Of a DNA stretch of 46,758 nucleotides, positions 8,844 to 17,998 are shown in pieces. Both the position numbers and the translations under genes were made by a program. Every line of letters starts with the position of its first letter. Position 1 is the first letter of the stretch. The notes under the pieces are model-generated. The model had not been told where the DNA came from. It worked only from the letters and a program-made list of their open reading frames with translations, and ran no database searches. Source of the stretch: Acidimicrobiia bacterium (GTDB lineage: Bacteria; Actinomycetota; Acidimicrobiia; Spongiisociales; JAENVV01); NCBI GenBank assembly GCA_041577335.1, contig JBFGJH010000002.1:80389-127146 (forward strand). The letters run 5' to 3'.

Positions 8844-9515
8844 TCAGGTTGACGGAGTGAGGCCCTCCGGTCCACTCGCAAAATGCTCGAGAAACCAGCC
8901 ACCGGCGAGCGCAGCAACATGGTCGAGGGCGCCGGGCTCCTCAAAGAGGTGCGTAGCACCGGGAACTACTTCGAGACGAGATTCGCCGGCGAGTTGCGCT
9001 TGAGCTTGACGGTTGAGATCGAGGACGACCTTGTCGCGGCCGCCGACGATCAGCAGCGTCGGGGCGGTTACCGCCATCAGCAGTGACCCGGCGAGATCAG
9101 GGCGGCCGCCGCGCGATACCAATGCCGCCACTTCGTTGGGCGCTCGCGCAGCGGCGACGAGAGCGGCCGCCGCCCCCGTGCTCGCTCCGAAGTAGCCCAG
9201 CTGTGCTGCAGCGGCCGCTTCGTTGCGTACCCAATTGGTGGCGGTGTTCAGGCGATCGGCGAGGAGATCGATATCAAAAACGTTGGCGCGGATCTCGGCT
9301 TCCGCGCCGGTGAGGAGATCGAAGAGGAGCGTACCAAGCCCGGCGTCATTGAGCCTCTCCGCTACGTACCGATTGCGAGGACTGTGTCGGCTCGAGCCAC
9401 TCCCATGCACAAACACCACCAGGCCACGCTGGGTCTTTGGGATCGTGAGTATGCCGCCCAACCGCACTGCTTCTGCGCGGATGGAGATCTCCTTGTCGTT
9501 TCGACCTTGATTCAT
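8844..9515 (-). CDS. Alpha/beta hydrolase, dienelactone-hydrolase-like
   Basis: HGSGSSRHSPRN, nucleophile motif GASTG, SRGGRPDL and GATHLFEE. Confidence 0.88.
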   Translation of the reverse strand: MNQGRNDKEISIRAEAVRLGGILTIPKTQRGLVVFVHGSGSSRHSPRNRYVAERLNDAGLGTLLFDLLTGAEAEIRANVFDIDLLADRLNTATNWVRNEAAAAAQLGYFGASTGAAAALVAAARAPNEVAALVSRGGRPDLAGSLLMAVTAPTLLIVGGRDKVVLDLNRQAQAQLAGESRLEVVPGATHLFEEPGALDHVAALAGGWFLEHFASGPEGLTPST

Positions 9516-9577
9516 GTGCCTCAGCTGAGCAGAGCGTCCTTCCCGAGTAATGGTGTCGCAGTTGGGACGACCGCGCC

Positions 9578-9593
9578 AGGGGAAATGGTCCTA
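9578..9593. promoter_or_regulatory. Putative DosR/OsdR-type box
   Basis: Reverse strand reads TAGGACCATTTCCCCT, between the divergent hydrolase and Pat genes. Confidence 0.45.
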
Positions 9594-9669
9594 TCTGATG
9601 CAAGTCATCGTCCTGTGGCGGGCCATCTGACGGATTGACGACCAAAGCAGTGCGTTACGCTGATGCCTC

Positions 9670-12396
9670 ATGTCCGAATACCCGTCTGAGTTCGAGTTCG
9701 ACGTCATTCTCAAGGATGGAGAAGTCATCCAGCTCCGCCCGATCCGGCCGGACGACGCAGAGCGCGAACAAGCCTTCTTCTCGAAGGTCGGGCCAGAGAG
9801 TGTGTACTTCCGGTTCTTTCGCGCCAAGCATGACCTGTCGCCCGAAGAGCTCAGGTATTTCACCACGCTCGACTACGAGGATCGTATGGCCTTCATCGCG
9901 CTGGACGGTGAAGATATGGTGGCGGTGGGCCGCTATGACGTCATGCCTGAGCAGACCGCCGCCGACGGGGGCAAGGTTGCCGAGGTGGCTTTCCTGGTGC
10001 AGGACGATTACCAGGCTCGGGGAGTCGGCAGCCATCTTCTCCAGCACCTCACCGTCTACGCCCGCCTCAAAGGGGTGACAGAGTTCGAAGCATTCGTGTT
10101 GCCCGAGAACCACGCCATGTTGAGGCTGTTTCGCAACTCGGGATACAAGTTGGCCCGGCAGTTCGCCGAGGGCGTCTACAGCGTCGAATTCCCGATCGAA
10201 TACTCGCCTGAGGCGCGGGAAGCCGAGTGGGAGCACGAGAAGCGCTCGGCGACCGCTTCGCTCCTGCCAATCCTGTACCCGGCTTCCATCGCCGTCATCG
10301 GAGCGAGTCGAGACGATTCGTCGATCGGTGGCAGGCTCTTTCGAAATCTGCTGTTGCGCGGGTTCACAGGCCCGATCTACCCGGTGAACCCGTCGACGCC
10401 GTTTGTTCACTCGGTGAAGGCGTACCCCTCGGTCCTCGACATCCCCGACCCGGTTGACCTTGCCTTCATCGTGGTGCCGGCGGCAGCCGTCCCGACTGTC
10501 CTTGCTGAATGCGGCGAGAAAGGAGCCAGGGGAGTGGTCGTCATCTCTGCCGGCTTTGGGGAGACAGGTGATGAATCTGCCGAGCGCGCCTTGGTCGCCA
10601 TCTCTCGCCGGCACGGCATGCGGATGGTCGGACCCAACTGTATGGGCGTTCTCAACACCGACGTCAAGGTGCGAATGGACGGCCAGTTCGGCCCGACGTA
10701 TCCGCCCGCAGGCAACGTGGCAATGGCGAGCCAGAGCGGCGCGTTGGGCCTTGCCATCCTCGACCAGGCCAAACAGCTGAACATCGGCATCTCCACCTTC
10801 GTTTCGTTGGGGAATCGGGTGGACGTGAGCGCCAATGATCTTCTGCTCTATTGGGAAGAGGATCCCGCCACCGATGTGATCCTCTTGTATATGGAGTCGT
10901 TTGGAAATCCTCGACGGTTTGGCCGGTTGGCTCGCCGGGTCAGCCACACCAAACCGATCGTTGCCGTGAAGTCAGGCCGATCATCGGCCGGTGCGAGGGC
11001 CGCCAGCAGCCACACCGGCGCTCTGGCGAGCCTCGATGTTGCGGTGGATGCGCTCTTTCGCGAAAGCGGTGTCGTGCGCACCGAAACGCTCGACGAGTTG
11101 TTTGCGGTTACCTCGCTGTTCTCCAAGCAGGCACTTCCCGCCGGTCGCAGGGTTGCGGTCCTCAGCAATGCCGGCGGCCCGGCGATCCTTGCTGCGGACG
11201 CCCTCGAGGCGGGCGGCTTGGAACTGCCCCATCTCTCCAACGATCTCCAGCTTGCTCTGGGGGAGCACCTGCTCGCCGAAGCGAGCACTGCCAATCCCAT
11301 CGATATGGTGGCGTCGGCCGGGCCAGAGCACTATGAAGCCTGCCTACGACTCCTCCTTGCTTCCGATGAGATCGACTCGGTGATGGTCGTTCACATCCCA
11401 ACGGCACCCGGAGGCTCCGGAACGGTCGCCGCAGCCGTGGCGCGGGCTGTGGAAGACCCGGCGACCGAATCGAAGACGGTTCTGGCGGTCTACATGGGCG
11501 GTGTGCCCGACACCACGGATGGCGCCGACTACCCGATCCCCGTGTACAGCTACCCGGAATCGGCGGCTCACGCACTCTCGGCGGCGGCGGGCTATGCGGA
11601 GTGGAAGGAAAAGCCCGAAGGGGAGTTCCTCCGGCCCCCGGGCATCGACCGGGCGGCGGCGGAAACGCTCGTGCGGCGGTCGCTCGCCAGAGTCGGACCC
11701 GATGGTGGGTGGCTGACGGATGACGAAGTCCACGGCTTGCTCGGCGCCTACGGGTTGCCGCTTGCCCGGGTTCGGATGGCAACGACACCGGAAGAAGCGG
11801 TCTCCGTGGCCGAGGAGCTCGGCGGGCCCGTGGCTCTCAAGGTTGTGGCACCATCGGTGCTTCACAAGTCCGATGCCGGCGGCGTGGCGCTCGACGTCAC
11901 CGGTTCCGACGCGGTGGCCGCCGCGTATCGTCGAGTCACGAGCGTCGCCGACGACGTTCATGGCGCCGTCGTACAGGAGTTCGTGAAGGGCGGCCACGAG
12001 GTGATCGTGGGAATGACGGAAGATCCCCTGTTCGGCCCTCTGGTCGTTTTCGGCTTGGGCGGCATCTTCGTGGAGCTGATGCAGGATGTTGCGTTCCGCA
12101 TCAACCCCCTTTCTGATCTCGAGGCGCGCGAGATGATCGGGGAGGTGAAGGCAGCGAAGCTGCTATCGGGTTACCGGGGTGAGCCGGCCGGCGACGTTGA
12201 TGCCCTGGTGACGCTCCTCCTGCGGGTCTCGGCGCTCATCGAGGACGTCCCAGAGATCGCCGAGATGGACCTCAACCCGGTGAAAGTACTCCCTCCTGGC
12301 GAGGGGGTGCGGGTGGTGGACGCACGAATCCGCGTCCGGCCCGTGAAGGGCGCCATGCTGCCGAGCCGCAAGGATGTCCCCGGCCGAATGCTCTAG
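9670..12396 (+). CDS. Pat-type protein lysine acetyltransferase (N-terminal GNAT fused to NDP-forming acyl-CoA synthetase-like domains)
   Basis: GNAT (AEVAFLVQDDYQARGVG), CoA-binding (IAVIGAS, GPNCMG), SQSGA, AASSHTGA and an ATP-grasp domain (HKSDAGGV, DPLFGP, EMDLNP). Confidence 0.93.
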   Translation: MSEYPSEFEFDVILKDGEVIQLRPIRPDDAEREQAFFSKVGPESVYFRFFRAKHDLSPEELRYFTTLDYEDRMAFIALDGEDMVAVGRYDVMPEQTAADGGKVAEVAFLVQDDYQARGVGSHLLQHLTVYARLKGVTEFEAFVLPENHAMLRLFRNSGYKLARQFAEGVYSVEFPIEYSPEAREAEWEHEKRSATASLLPILYPASIAVIGASRDDSSIGGRLFRNLLLRGFTGPIYPVNPSTPFVHSVKAYPSVLDIPDPVDLAFIVVPAAAVPTVLAECGEKGARGVVVISAGFGETGDESAERALVAISRRHGMRMVGPNCMGVLNTDVKVRMDGQFGPTYPPAGNVAMASQSGALGLAILDQAKQLNIGISTFVSLGNRVDVSANDLLLYWEEDPATDVILLYMESFGNPRRFGRLARRVSHTKPIVAVKSGRSSAGARAASSHTGALASLDVAVDALFRESGVVRTETLDELFAVTSLFSKQALPAGRRVAVLSNAGGPAILAADALEAGGLELPHLSNDLQLALGEHLLAEASTANPIDMVASAGPEHYEACLRLLLASDEIDSVMVVHIPTAPGGSGTVAAAVARAVEDPATESKTVLAVYMGGVPDTTDGADYPIPVYSYPESAAHALSAAAGYAEWKEKPEGEFLRPPGIDRAAAETLVRRSLARVGPDGGWLTDDEVHGLLGAYGLPLARVRMATTPEEAVSVAEELGGPVALKVVAPSVLHKSDAGGVALDVTGSDAVAAAYRRVTSVADDVHGAVVQEFVKGGHEVIVGMTEDPLFGPLVVFGLGGIFVELMQDVAFRINPLSDLEAREMIGEVKAAKLLSGYRGEPAGDVDALVTLLLRVSALIEDVPEIAEMDLNPVKVLPPGEGVRVVDARIRVRPVKGAMLPSRKDVPGRML

Positions 12397-12428
12397 AGCC
12401 ACCGCGCCAGGCAATCAGTCGTCTTCGC

Positions 12429-13787
12429 TTACGGCCACACTCCGCGTTGCAGGGCAGCCTCGCGACATGCGTTTATCGCCACGGCGGTTGCGGCCGTCCG
12501 CAGATCAGGAACGGGTAGCTCTGGTGCGTCCGGCACGGCCTCATGCCAGCGGGCCCGATAGGCATCGAGTGAGTCGACCATCGCCGCCCGCCGAGTGACA
12601 ACGGTCTCGGTGGCTCGCTTCATGCGCTCCCGAAGCTGGAGGCGAATGTCGCCATCTTCCCATTGCTGGTTTTCGATGTTCTGCGCCCACTCGAAGTACG
12701 AGACCACCACCCCGCCGGCATTGGCGAGGATGTCCGGCAGGACCCTGATTCCCCGCTCGGCCAGGATGTCGTCGGCAGCCGGCGTGAGAGGGCCATTGGC
12801 CAACTCGACGACCAGTTTCGTCTGGACCCGGTGAGCGTTTTCCGCCGTGACTTGGTTCTCCAGGGCGGCGGGAATCAGGATGTCGCATGGCACCTCGAGC
12901 ACTCCGGCCGGGGTCAGCGCTTCGGCGTCCGGCACGCCGGCGACGGTGCCCGTGGTGTCCTTGTGGCGCCCGAGCTGGCCTGGGTCGAGACCGGTGGGGT
13001 CGTGGCTCCCGCCGCTCGAATCCGAGACCGCCACGATCAATGCGCCTGCCTCATGAAACAGCTGGGCGGCGCTACGCCCGGCGTTCCCGAACCCCTGGAT
13101 TGCGACTCTGGACCCCTCCACGGAGGGAAGATCAGGAATGGCGCCCATGTCGAGAAAATGCTGCGTGACGATGAACCCACCTTCGGCGGTGGCGGCCTGG
13201 CGAGCCGCCAAGCCGCCCAGCGCCACCGGCTTACCCGTCACGACGGGCAAGTTGGCTTCACCGGGATGCATCATCGTATAGGTGTCGTACATCCATGCCA
13301 TGGTTTGGGCGTCGGTGTAGAGGTCGGGTGCGGGGATGTCCGTGTGGGGACCGATCGTATCGCCGAGTTCGGCGGTGAAACGCCGAGTGAGCCGCTCCTT
13401 TTCGCCGGCGGACAACTCGTGGGGATCGCAGACCACGCCACCCTTGGCTCCGCCGAAGGGAACGTTGGCGAGGGCGCACTTCCAGCTCATCCAAGTTGCC
13501 AACGCCTTCACCTCGGCGACTCCGGCGTCGGGATGGAACCGAACTCCACCCTTGCCGGGGCCTCTTGCAGTGGAATGGAGGACCCGATAGCCGTGGAAGA
13601 TGTGGACGAATCCGTCGTCGCGGAGAATCGGGATGGCGACTTCGACGATCCGCTCTGGCTCGAAAAGCCATTGAGCGACGCCGCGCCAACCGTGGAGGTC
13701 GGACACATAGGGGACGGCCCGATCGAACTGGATCTTGGCGATGTGATGAAGGTCGAGGTCCTCGACCGCGGACGAAATCATGGTCAT
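12429..13787 (-). CDS. gdhA: Glu/Leu/Phe/Val dehydrogenase (glutamate dehydrogenase type)
   Basis: GPGKGGVRFHP, PFGGAKGG, DIPAPD, VTGKP, QGFGNAG, ELANGP and PDILANAGGVVVSYFEW. Confidence 0.88.
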   Translation of the reverse strand: MTMISSAVEDLDLHHIAKIQFDRAVPYVSDLHGWRGVAQWLFEPERIVEVAIPILRDDGFVHIFHGYRVLHSTARGPGKGGVRFHPDAGVAEVKALATWMSWKCALANVPFGGAKGGVVCDPHELSAGEKERLTRRFTAELGDTIGPHTDIPAPDLYTDAQTMAWMYDTYTMMHPGEANLPVVTGKPVALGGLAARQAATAEGGFIVTQHFLDMGAIPDLPSVEGSRVAIQGFGNAGRSAAQLFHEAGALIVAVSDSSGGSHDPTGLDPGQLGRHKDTTGTVAGVPDAEALTPAGVLEVPCDILIPAALENQVTAENAHRVQTKLVVELANGPLTPAADDILAERGIRVLPDILANAGGVVVSYFEWAQNIENQQWEDGDIRLQLRERMKRATETVVTRRAAMVDSLDAYRARWHEAVPDAPELPVPDLRTAATAVAINACREAALQRGVWP

Positions 13788-13841
13788 CAGTTCTTCCTGA
13801 GCGACTCATCTCGTTGTATCCGACGTTCGTCGGCCGGGCCT

Positions 13842-13857
13842 AGAGGCGGAAGGCCCG
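13842..13857. promoter_or_regulatory. Putative DosR/OsdR-type box upstream of gdhA
   Basis: Reverse strand reads CGGGCCTTCCGCCTCT. Confidence 0.35.
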
Positions 13858-13882
13858 AACGGTGCGGCCTAATGAAGCAGCG

Positions 13883-15064
13883 TCACAGGTGGGCGAGAGA
13901 CCTGCTCAGGTCGGCGATGAGGTCGTCGACGGACTCGAGTCCCACCGATACACGTACCACGCCATCTGTGATCCCAATCCGGGCGCGCCGCACCGGCCCC
14001 AAGCGGCGATGCGTGGTGGTGGCAGGATGAGTGATCAATGATTTGGCGTCTCCCAGGTTGTTGGAGATATCGATGATTTGGAGATGATCAAGAACTGTGA
14101 ACGCCTCTTCCTTTCCGCCGTCGAGCTCGAATGTCACGACCGTGCCGCCTCCCCTCATCTGGCGCCTGGCCAGCGCCGCCTGAGGATGGGAGTCCAAGTA
14201 CGGGTACCGCACCTCCGAGATCCGCTCCTGCGCCTCGAGCCAGGAGGCCAGGCGGAGAGCCGATTCGGTCTGATGCATGACCCGGAGCCGAAACGATTCA
14301 AGGCTCTTGAGAAGAACCCAGGCGTTGAAGGGGCTCAATGAGGGGCCGGTATGGCGCATCAGCGGCTGGAGCTGTTGGTAGACAAACTGCTCGGTCCCAC
14401 AAATCATGCCGCCCAGGGTCCGGCCGTGGCCGTCGATGTGCTTGGTCGCCGAGTACACGACGACGTCCGCACCCATCTCGAGCGGACGCTGCAAGATCGG
14501 AGTGGCGAACACATTGTCGACGATCACGGTTGCACCGGCGTCATGGGCGAGCTCGCTCACCGCTCTCACGTCGATGAGCTCCTGCATCGGATTCGATGGT
14601 GACTCGAAGAAGACCGCTGTGGCGCCCTTGGCGAGTGCCGCCGCCCATTGGTCGAGGTCGGTGCCGTCGACGAACTCGGTTGAGATCCCCCACTTGGGGA
14701 GGAGCTCGTCGAGGATGATGAAACACGATCCGAAGAGGGCCCGGGCCGCAACGACCCGGTCGCCTGATTCGAGGCAGGCGGCCAGGGCGTTGAAGACGGC
14801 TGCCATGCCCGAGGCAGTCGCCCACGCCGCTTCGGCGCCCTCCATCTGTCGAAAACGCTCCTCGAAAGTTGTGATCGTGGGGTTTCCGTACCGGCTGTAG
14901 ATATAGCGGTCGACGTCGCCGGCAAATGCTGCTTCGGCCTCGGCGGCCGATGAGTACACATACCCGGAGGTGAGAAACAGCGCCTCGGCTGTCTCGTCGA
15001 ACTCGGTGCGACGCAAACCGCCGCGAACTGCGATCGTGTCGTCGTCCCACTCTTGGTCGGTCAC
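13883..15064 (-). CDS. metZ: O-succinylhomoserine sulfhydrylase
   Basis: ETAEALFLTSGYVY, YSRYGNPT, PLP-lysine motif YSATKHIDG, and SNNLGDAKSLITHP. Confidence 0.93.
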   Translation of the reverse strand: MTDQEWDDDTIAVRGGLRRTEFDETAEALFLTSGYVYSSAAEAEAAFAGDVDRYIYSRYGNPTITTFEERFRQMEGAEAAWATASGMAAVFNALAACLESGDRVVAARALFGSCFIILDELLPKWGISTEFVDGTDLDQWAAALAKGATAVFFESPSNPMQELIDVRAVSELAHDAGATVIVDNVFATPILQRPLEMGADVVVYSATKHIDGHGRTLGGMICGTEQFVYQQLQPLMRHTGPSLSPFNAWVLLKSLESFRLRVMHQTESALRLASWLEAQERISEVRYPYLDSHPQAALARRQMRGGGTVVTFELDGGKEEAFTVLDHLQIIDISNNLGDAKSLITHPATTTHRRLGPVRRARIGITDGVVRVSVGLESVDDLIADLSRSLAHL

Positions 15065-15160
15065 TTGGTCTCCATCGGTGTGCCAGGTCCTGGACAGGTG
15101 TTGCGACAGTGTATGTCACGACTTGCGACTGATCTGGTTTGCGCCCCTGGTAGCCGCGGT

Positions 15161-15176
15161 AGGGACCATTGGCCTC
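15161..15176. promoter_or_regulatory. Putative DosR/OsdR-type box upstream of the S2P-CBS protease
   Basis: AGGGACCATTGGCCTC, immediately before a -10-like TACGAT. Confidence 0.55.
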
Positions 15177-15239
15177 TACTACGATCGAGGACAGCCGACG
15201 ACGCTGTGAGAGGGAATCGTCGCGACCACGGGAGGTTGT

Positions 15240-16364
15240 GTGCTCGCCAACACGATTCGGCTTGGCAAGGTCTTCGGGATCGAGATCTCGATTGACCTCT
15301 CATGGCTCGTCATCGTTTTCCTCGTCGGCTGGTCGTTCTTCGAGCAGTTTGGGTCCCGCTTCGCGGACTTGGAGCCAACTCCGTTGTTCTTGTTGACGAT
15401 GGCGGCGGTGGCCGTGTTCTTCGGGTCGGTGCTGCTTCACGAGCTGAGCCATTCGGTGGTCGCTCGCCGATTGGGAATCCCCGTCGAGGGCATCACACTG
15501 TTTCTCTTCGGTGGAGTCACCAAGACGAAGCTGGAGGCAAGCCGACCCCGGGACGAGTTCTTCATTGCAGTGGTTGGTCCCCTGACCAGCGTGGCGATCG
15601 CCGGGATTCTGTGGTCGATCGTGAACCTGACGGGTGACGCTCTTGGCGACCCAATTCTGTATGCAGCCGGATATCTGGGTTGGCTCAACCTCGCCTTGGG
15701 CCTCTTCAATCTCCTGCCGGGTTTCCCTCTCGACGGAGGGAGAGTGCTTCGCTCCATCCTTTGGCGGGTCCAGGGCGATGTCGCGGTGGCGACCCGCGGC
15801 GCCGCCAAATCCGGCAAGGCCGTCGCCATCGTCATGATTGGCTTCGGGCTGTTGTCCTTGTTCGCCGGCGATTTTGGTGGTTTGTGGATGGCCGCCATCG
15901 GATGGTTCCTGCTGCAAGCAGCCACCGCCGCCGACCAAGATGTCCTGCTTCACTCCGTCCTCAGATCGGTGGCGGCCAAGGACCTGATGTCGCCCAATCT
16001 CGTGACCATTGATGGCGACGCCACGATCCGGGAGGCGGTGGATGACTACTTCCTGAGGTATGACCATTCCGCATTCCCGGTGGTCGGTGCAACGTCCGGT
16101 CTTCTCCACCTTCGTAGCGTGCGCCAGATCCCGCTCGATCAGTGGGAGGTGCGCCAGGTGTGGAGTGTTGCCTCCAGCCTCGATGAAACGTGCACGGTGA
16201 CCCCGGACGCCCACATGGACGATGTCATCGACCAGCTGCGGAGCCAGGACCAGGATCGTGTGTTGGTGGTGGACGAGGGCCAGGTAGTCGGCATCATCAC
16301 GCCGAGGGATATCGCTCGCTGGGTACGGAGGTCACAGGAGCTGGGCATGCCGCTGGCTCGCTGA
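15240..16364 (+). CDS. Site-2 protease (M50) with C-terminal CBS pair (Rip3-like)
   Basis: HELSH, FNLLPGFPLDGGR and two CBS domains. Confidence 0.92.
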   Translation: MLANTIRLGKVFGIEISIDLSWLVIVFLVGWSFFEQFGSRFADLEPTPLFLLTMAAVAVFFGSVLLHELSHSVVARRLGIPVEGITLFLFGGVTKTKLEASRPRDEFFIAVVGPLTSVAIAGILWSIVNLTGDALGDPILYAAGYLGWLNLALGLFNLLPGFPLDGGRVLRSILWRVQGDVAVATRGAAKSGKAVAIVMIGFGLLSLFAGDFGGLWMAAIGWFLLQAATAADQDVLLHSVLRSVAAKDLMSPNLVTIDGDATIREAVDDYFLRYDHSAFPVVGATSGLLHLRSVRQIPLDQWEVRQVWSVASSLDETCTVTPDAHMDDVIDQLRSQDQDRVLVVDEGQVVGIITPRDIARWVRRSQELGMPLAR

Positions 16365-16383
16365 CTCGAGCCGCCAATTCGAG

Positions 16384-16701
16384 CTAGTGCACTTCCGATT
16401 CTTGGGCCGGGTCTCCGGTGGCGTCCTTGCCCCAGTCTTCGATGCACCGTTCTACGAGGGGCACCGGGATATTGGCTCGGTTGCCCTCACGTTGTGAGAT
16501 GTGGATGCTGGGTGGCACCCGCGGATCAAACGATTCGACGAAGGCGTCTTTCCCGTCTTCGAACGCTTTCCAGCCGTTGGAGAAGAGGTCGCCGGTAGGC
16601 CCGACGATTTGGCGGGCCGCCGAGTAGATGTTGGACCGCACGAATTTGGCGCCACGGCGACGGGCCTTCCACTCGGCCGCCATCTCTCGAATCCACCGCA
16701 T
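16384..16701 (-). CDS. Hypothetical protein (105 aa)
   Basis: Fills the gap between genes, has a globular-looking composition, and has a leaderless-type TAGCCT-N6-ATG start. Confidence 0.65.
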   Translation of the reverse strand: MRWIREMAAEWKARRRGAKFVRSNIYSAARQIVGPTGDLFSNGWKAFEDGKDAFVESFDPRVPPSIHISQREGNRANIPVPLVERCIEDWGKDATGDPAQESEVH

Positions 16702-16794
16702 CAGGTGAGGCTATCGGTTTGCACGGGCCCCAATCTACCTGAGGATCCGGCGATCCGGTATCGAGATGGGCGCGGCCTCGTGGCTGCCCAGCTG

Positions 16795-17067
16795 TCAGAA
16801 GCGGACCTCGAAGTTCTGGTAGTCGGGATCGGTGGCCACATCCTCGACGAGGCATCCGGTTACGGAGGCTCCCGCAGGTCCGACCTCGAGGAAGGCCACG
16901 AACTCGGCCACCGCGTCACCGGGTCCTTGGGCCGACACCTCGACGGAACCGTCGTCGAGGTTGCGGACCCATCCCGTCAGCTCGAGGGCCATGGCAACCC
17001 GTGCCGTGTAGTAACGGAAGCCCACTCCCTGGACAACGCCTTGGACTCGGGCGTGAATTGCTCTCAT
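16795..17067 (-). CDS. acyP: Acylphosphatase
   Basis: GVVQGVGFR and GWVRNLDDGSVE. Confidence 0.95.
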   Translation of the reverse strand: MRAIHARVQGVVQGVGFRYYTARVAMALELTGWVRNLDDGSVEVSAQGPGDAVAEFVAFLEVGPAGASVTGCLVEDVATDPDYQNFEVRF

Positions 17068-17090
17068 CCGCCCATGCTGGCACGTCGATC

Positions 17091-17106
17091 AGGGACGTTC
17101 GACCTC
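17091..17106. promoter_or_regulatory. Putative DosR/OsdR-type box upstream of acylphosphatase
   Basis: AGGGACGTTCGACCTC, about 24 bp upstream of the start codon. Confidence 0.55.
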
Positions 17107-17308
17107 GAGTGCGAATTCAGTGGGCTCTGTTCTCCGGGGAGCGGACTCCAGCAGCGGCCTCACGGTGTAGTCGAGCGGTACAGCAGCGACGAGCCTCGAA
17201 GCGTCGGCGGCCGGTGGACTTGGCCTCCCAGACGGGGTGGCAGTAGTCGACCCGGCGACCTGCCGCCAGGACGGACTGGGCGGTTCACGTACGAGTACCG
17301 TACGCAGC

Positions 17309-17998
17309 ATGGGTGGGGATGTCCGGGTTCAGATCTACACGATGCAGTCTGCGTCGGAGGCGCTGGCCGTGGCTGGATTGGGAGTCGCTCACATCGGCGT
17401 GACGCCTGCGCGCCAGGGGCTTCCGGGCGAGATCGAGGAGGGGTTGGCCGGTGAGATCTGTAAGGCGATGCGCGGCGTGGCAGTCTCGGTAGCCCTCAGC
17501 GTCGCGACCGATCTCGAGGCGATTGATCGCATGTTTCGTGTGGTTCGACCCGACATTCTGCATCTGTGTGGGCCGTCCAACCAGGTTGGGCCTGACGCGG
17601 TCGGTGACCTTCGTCGGAGCTTGCCGGTTGGGGTTGCCATCATGCAAGCGATCGGCGTGACAGGTTGGCACGCACTGGAAATGGCGAGATCGTACGAGCC
17701 GGTCGTCGACTATCTGATTCTCGACTCGGTGGACCCCGCTATCGCAGGGATCGGAGCTTCGGGCCATGTGCATGACTGGGAGGTGAGCGCAGCGGTTGTC
17801 GAAGCGGTCGACGTGCCGGTGATCCTGGCTGGAGGACTGTCTCCCGACAACGTTGCCGAAGCGATCGCCGCTGTGAAACCGTGGGGTGTTGACTCGCTCA
17901 CCCATACGAACGCACAGTCGGCCGGGGGCGGGTTCCACAAAGATCTGGCGGCGGTGCGTCGATTCGTCGAAGCCGCTCGATCTCAGGAGACGCTGTGA
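17309..17998 (+). CDS. Phosphoribosylanthranilate-isomerase (TrpF)-like TIM-barrel protein
   Basis: LILDS, GASGHVHDW, PVILAGGLSPDNV and PWGVDS. The N-terminus reads VQIYTMQ rather than KICG. Leaderless-type TACCGT-N7-ATG start. Confidence 0.8.
   Translation: MGGDVRVQIYTMQSASEALAVAGLGVAHIGVTPARQGLPGEIEEGLAGEICKAMRGVAVSVALSVATDLEAIDRMFRVVRPDILHLCGPSNQVGPDAVGDLRRSLPVGVAIMQAIGVTGWHALEMARSYEPVVDYLILDSVDPAIAGIGASGHVHDWEVSAAVVEAVDVPVILAGGLSPDNVAEAIAAVKPWGVDSLTHTNAQSAGGGFHKDLAAVRRFVEAARSQETL

Noticed and set aside
15065..15160. Possible SAH/SAM riboswitch in the metZ leader (CCAGGGGCGC...CAGGACCTGG plus a hairpin)
   Set aside because: It lacks the SAH GCGYUGC core and the downstream pseudoknot partner, and it has no SAM-I or SAM-IV signature. 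The AGGGGCGC stretch is equally explained as a secondary DosR-like half-site.
17089..17310. 73-aa minus-strand ORF
   Set aside because: It is Pro/Arg-rich, has no RBS or motif, and overlaps promoter elements of both flanking genes.
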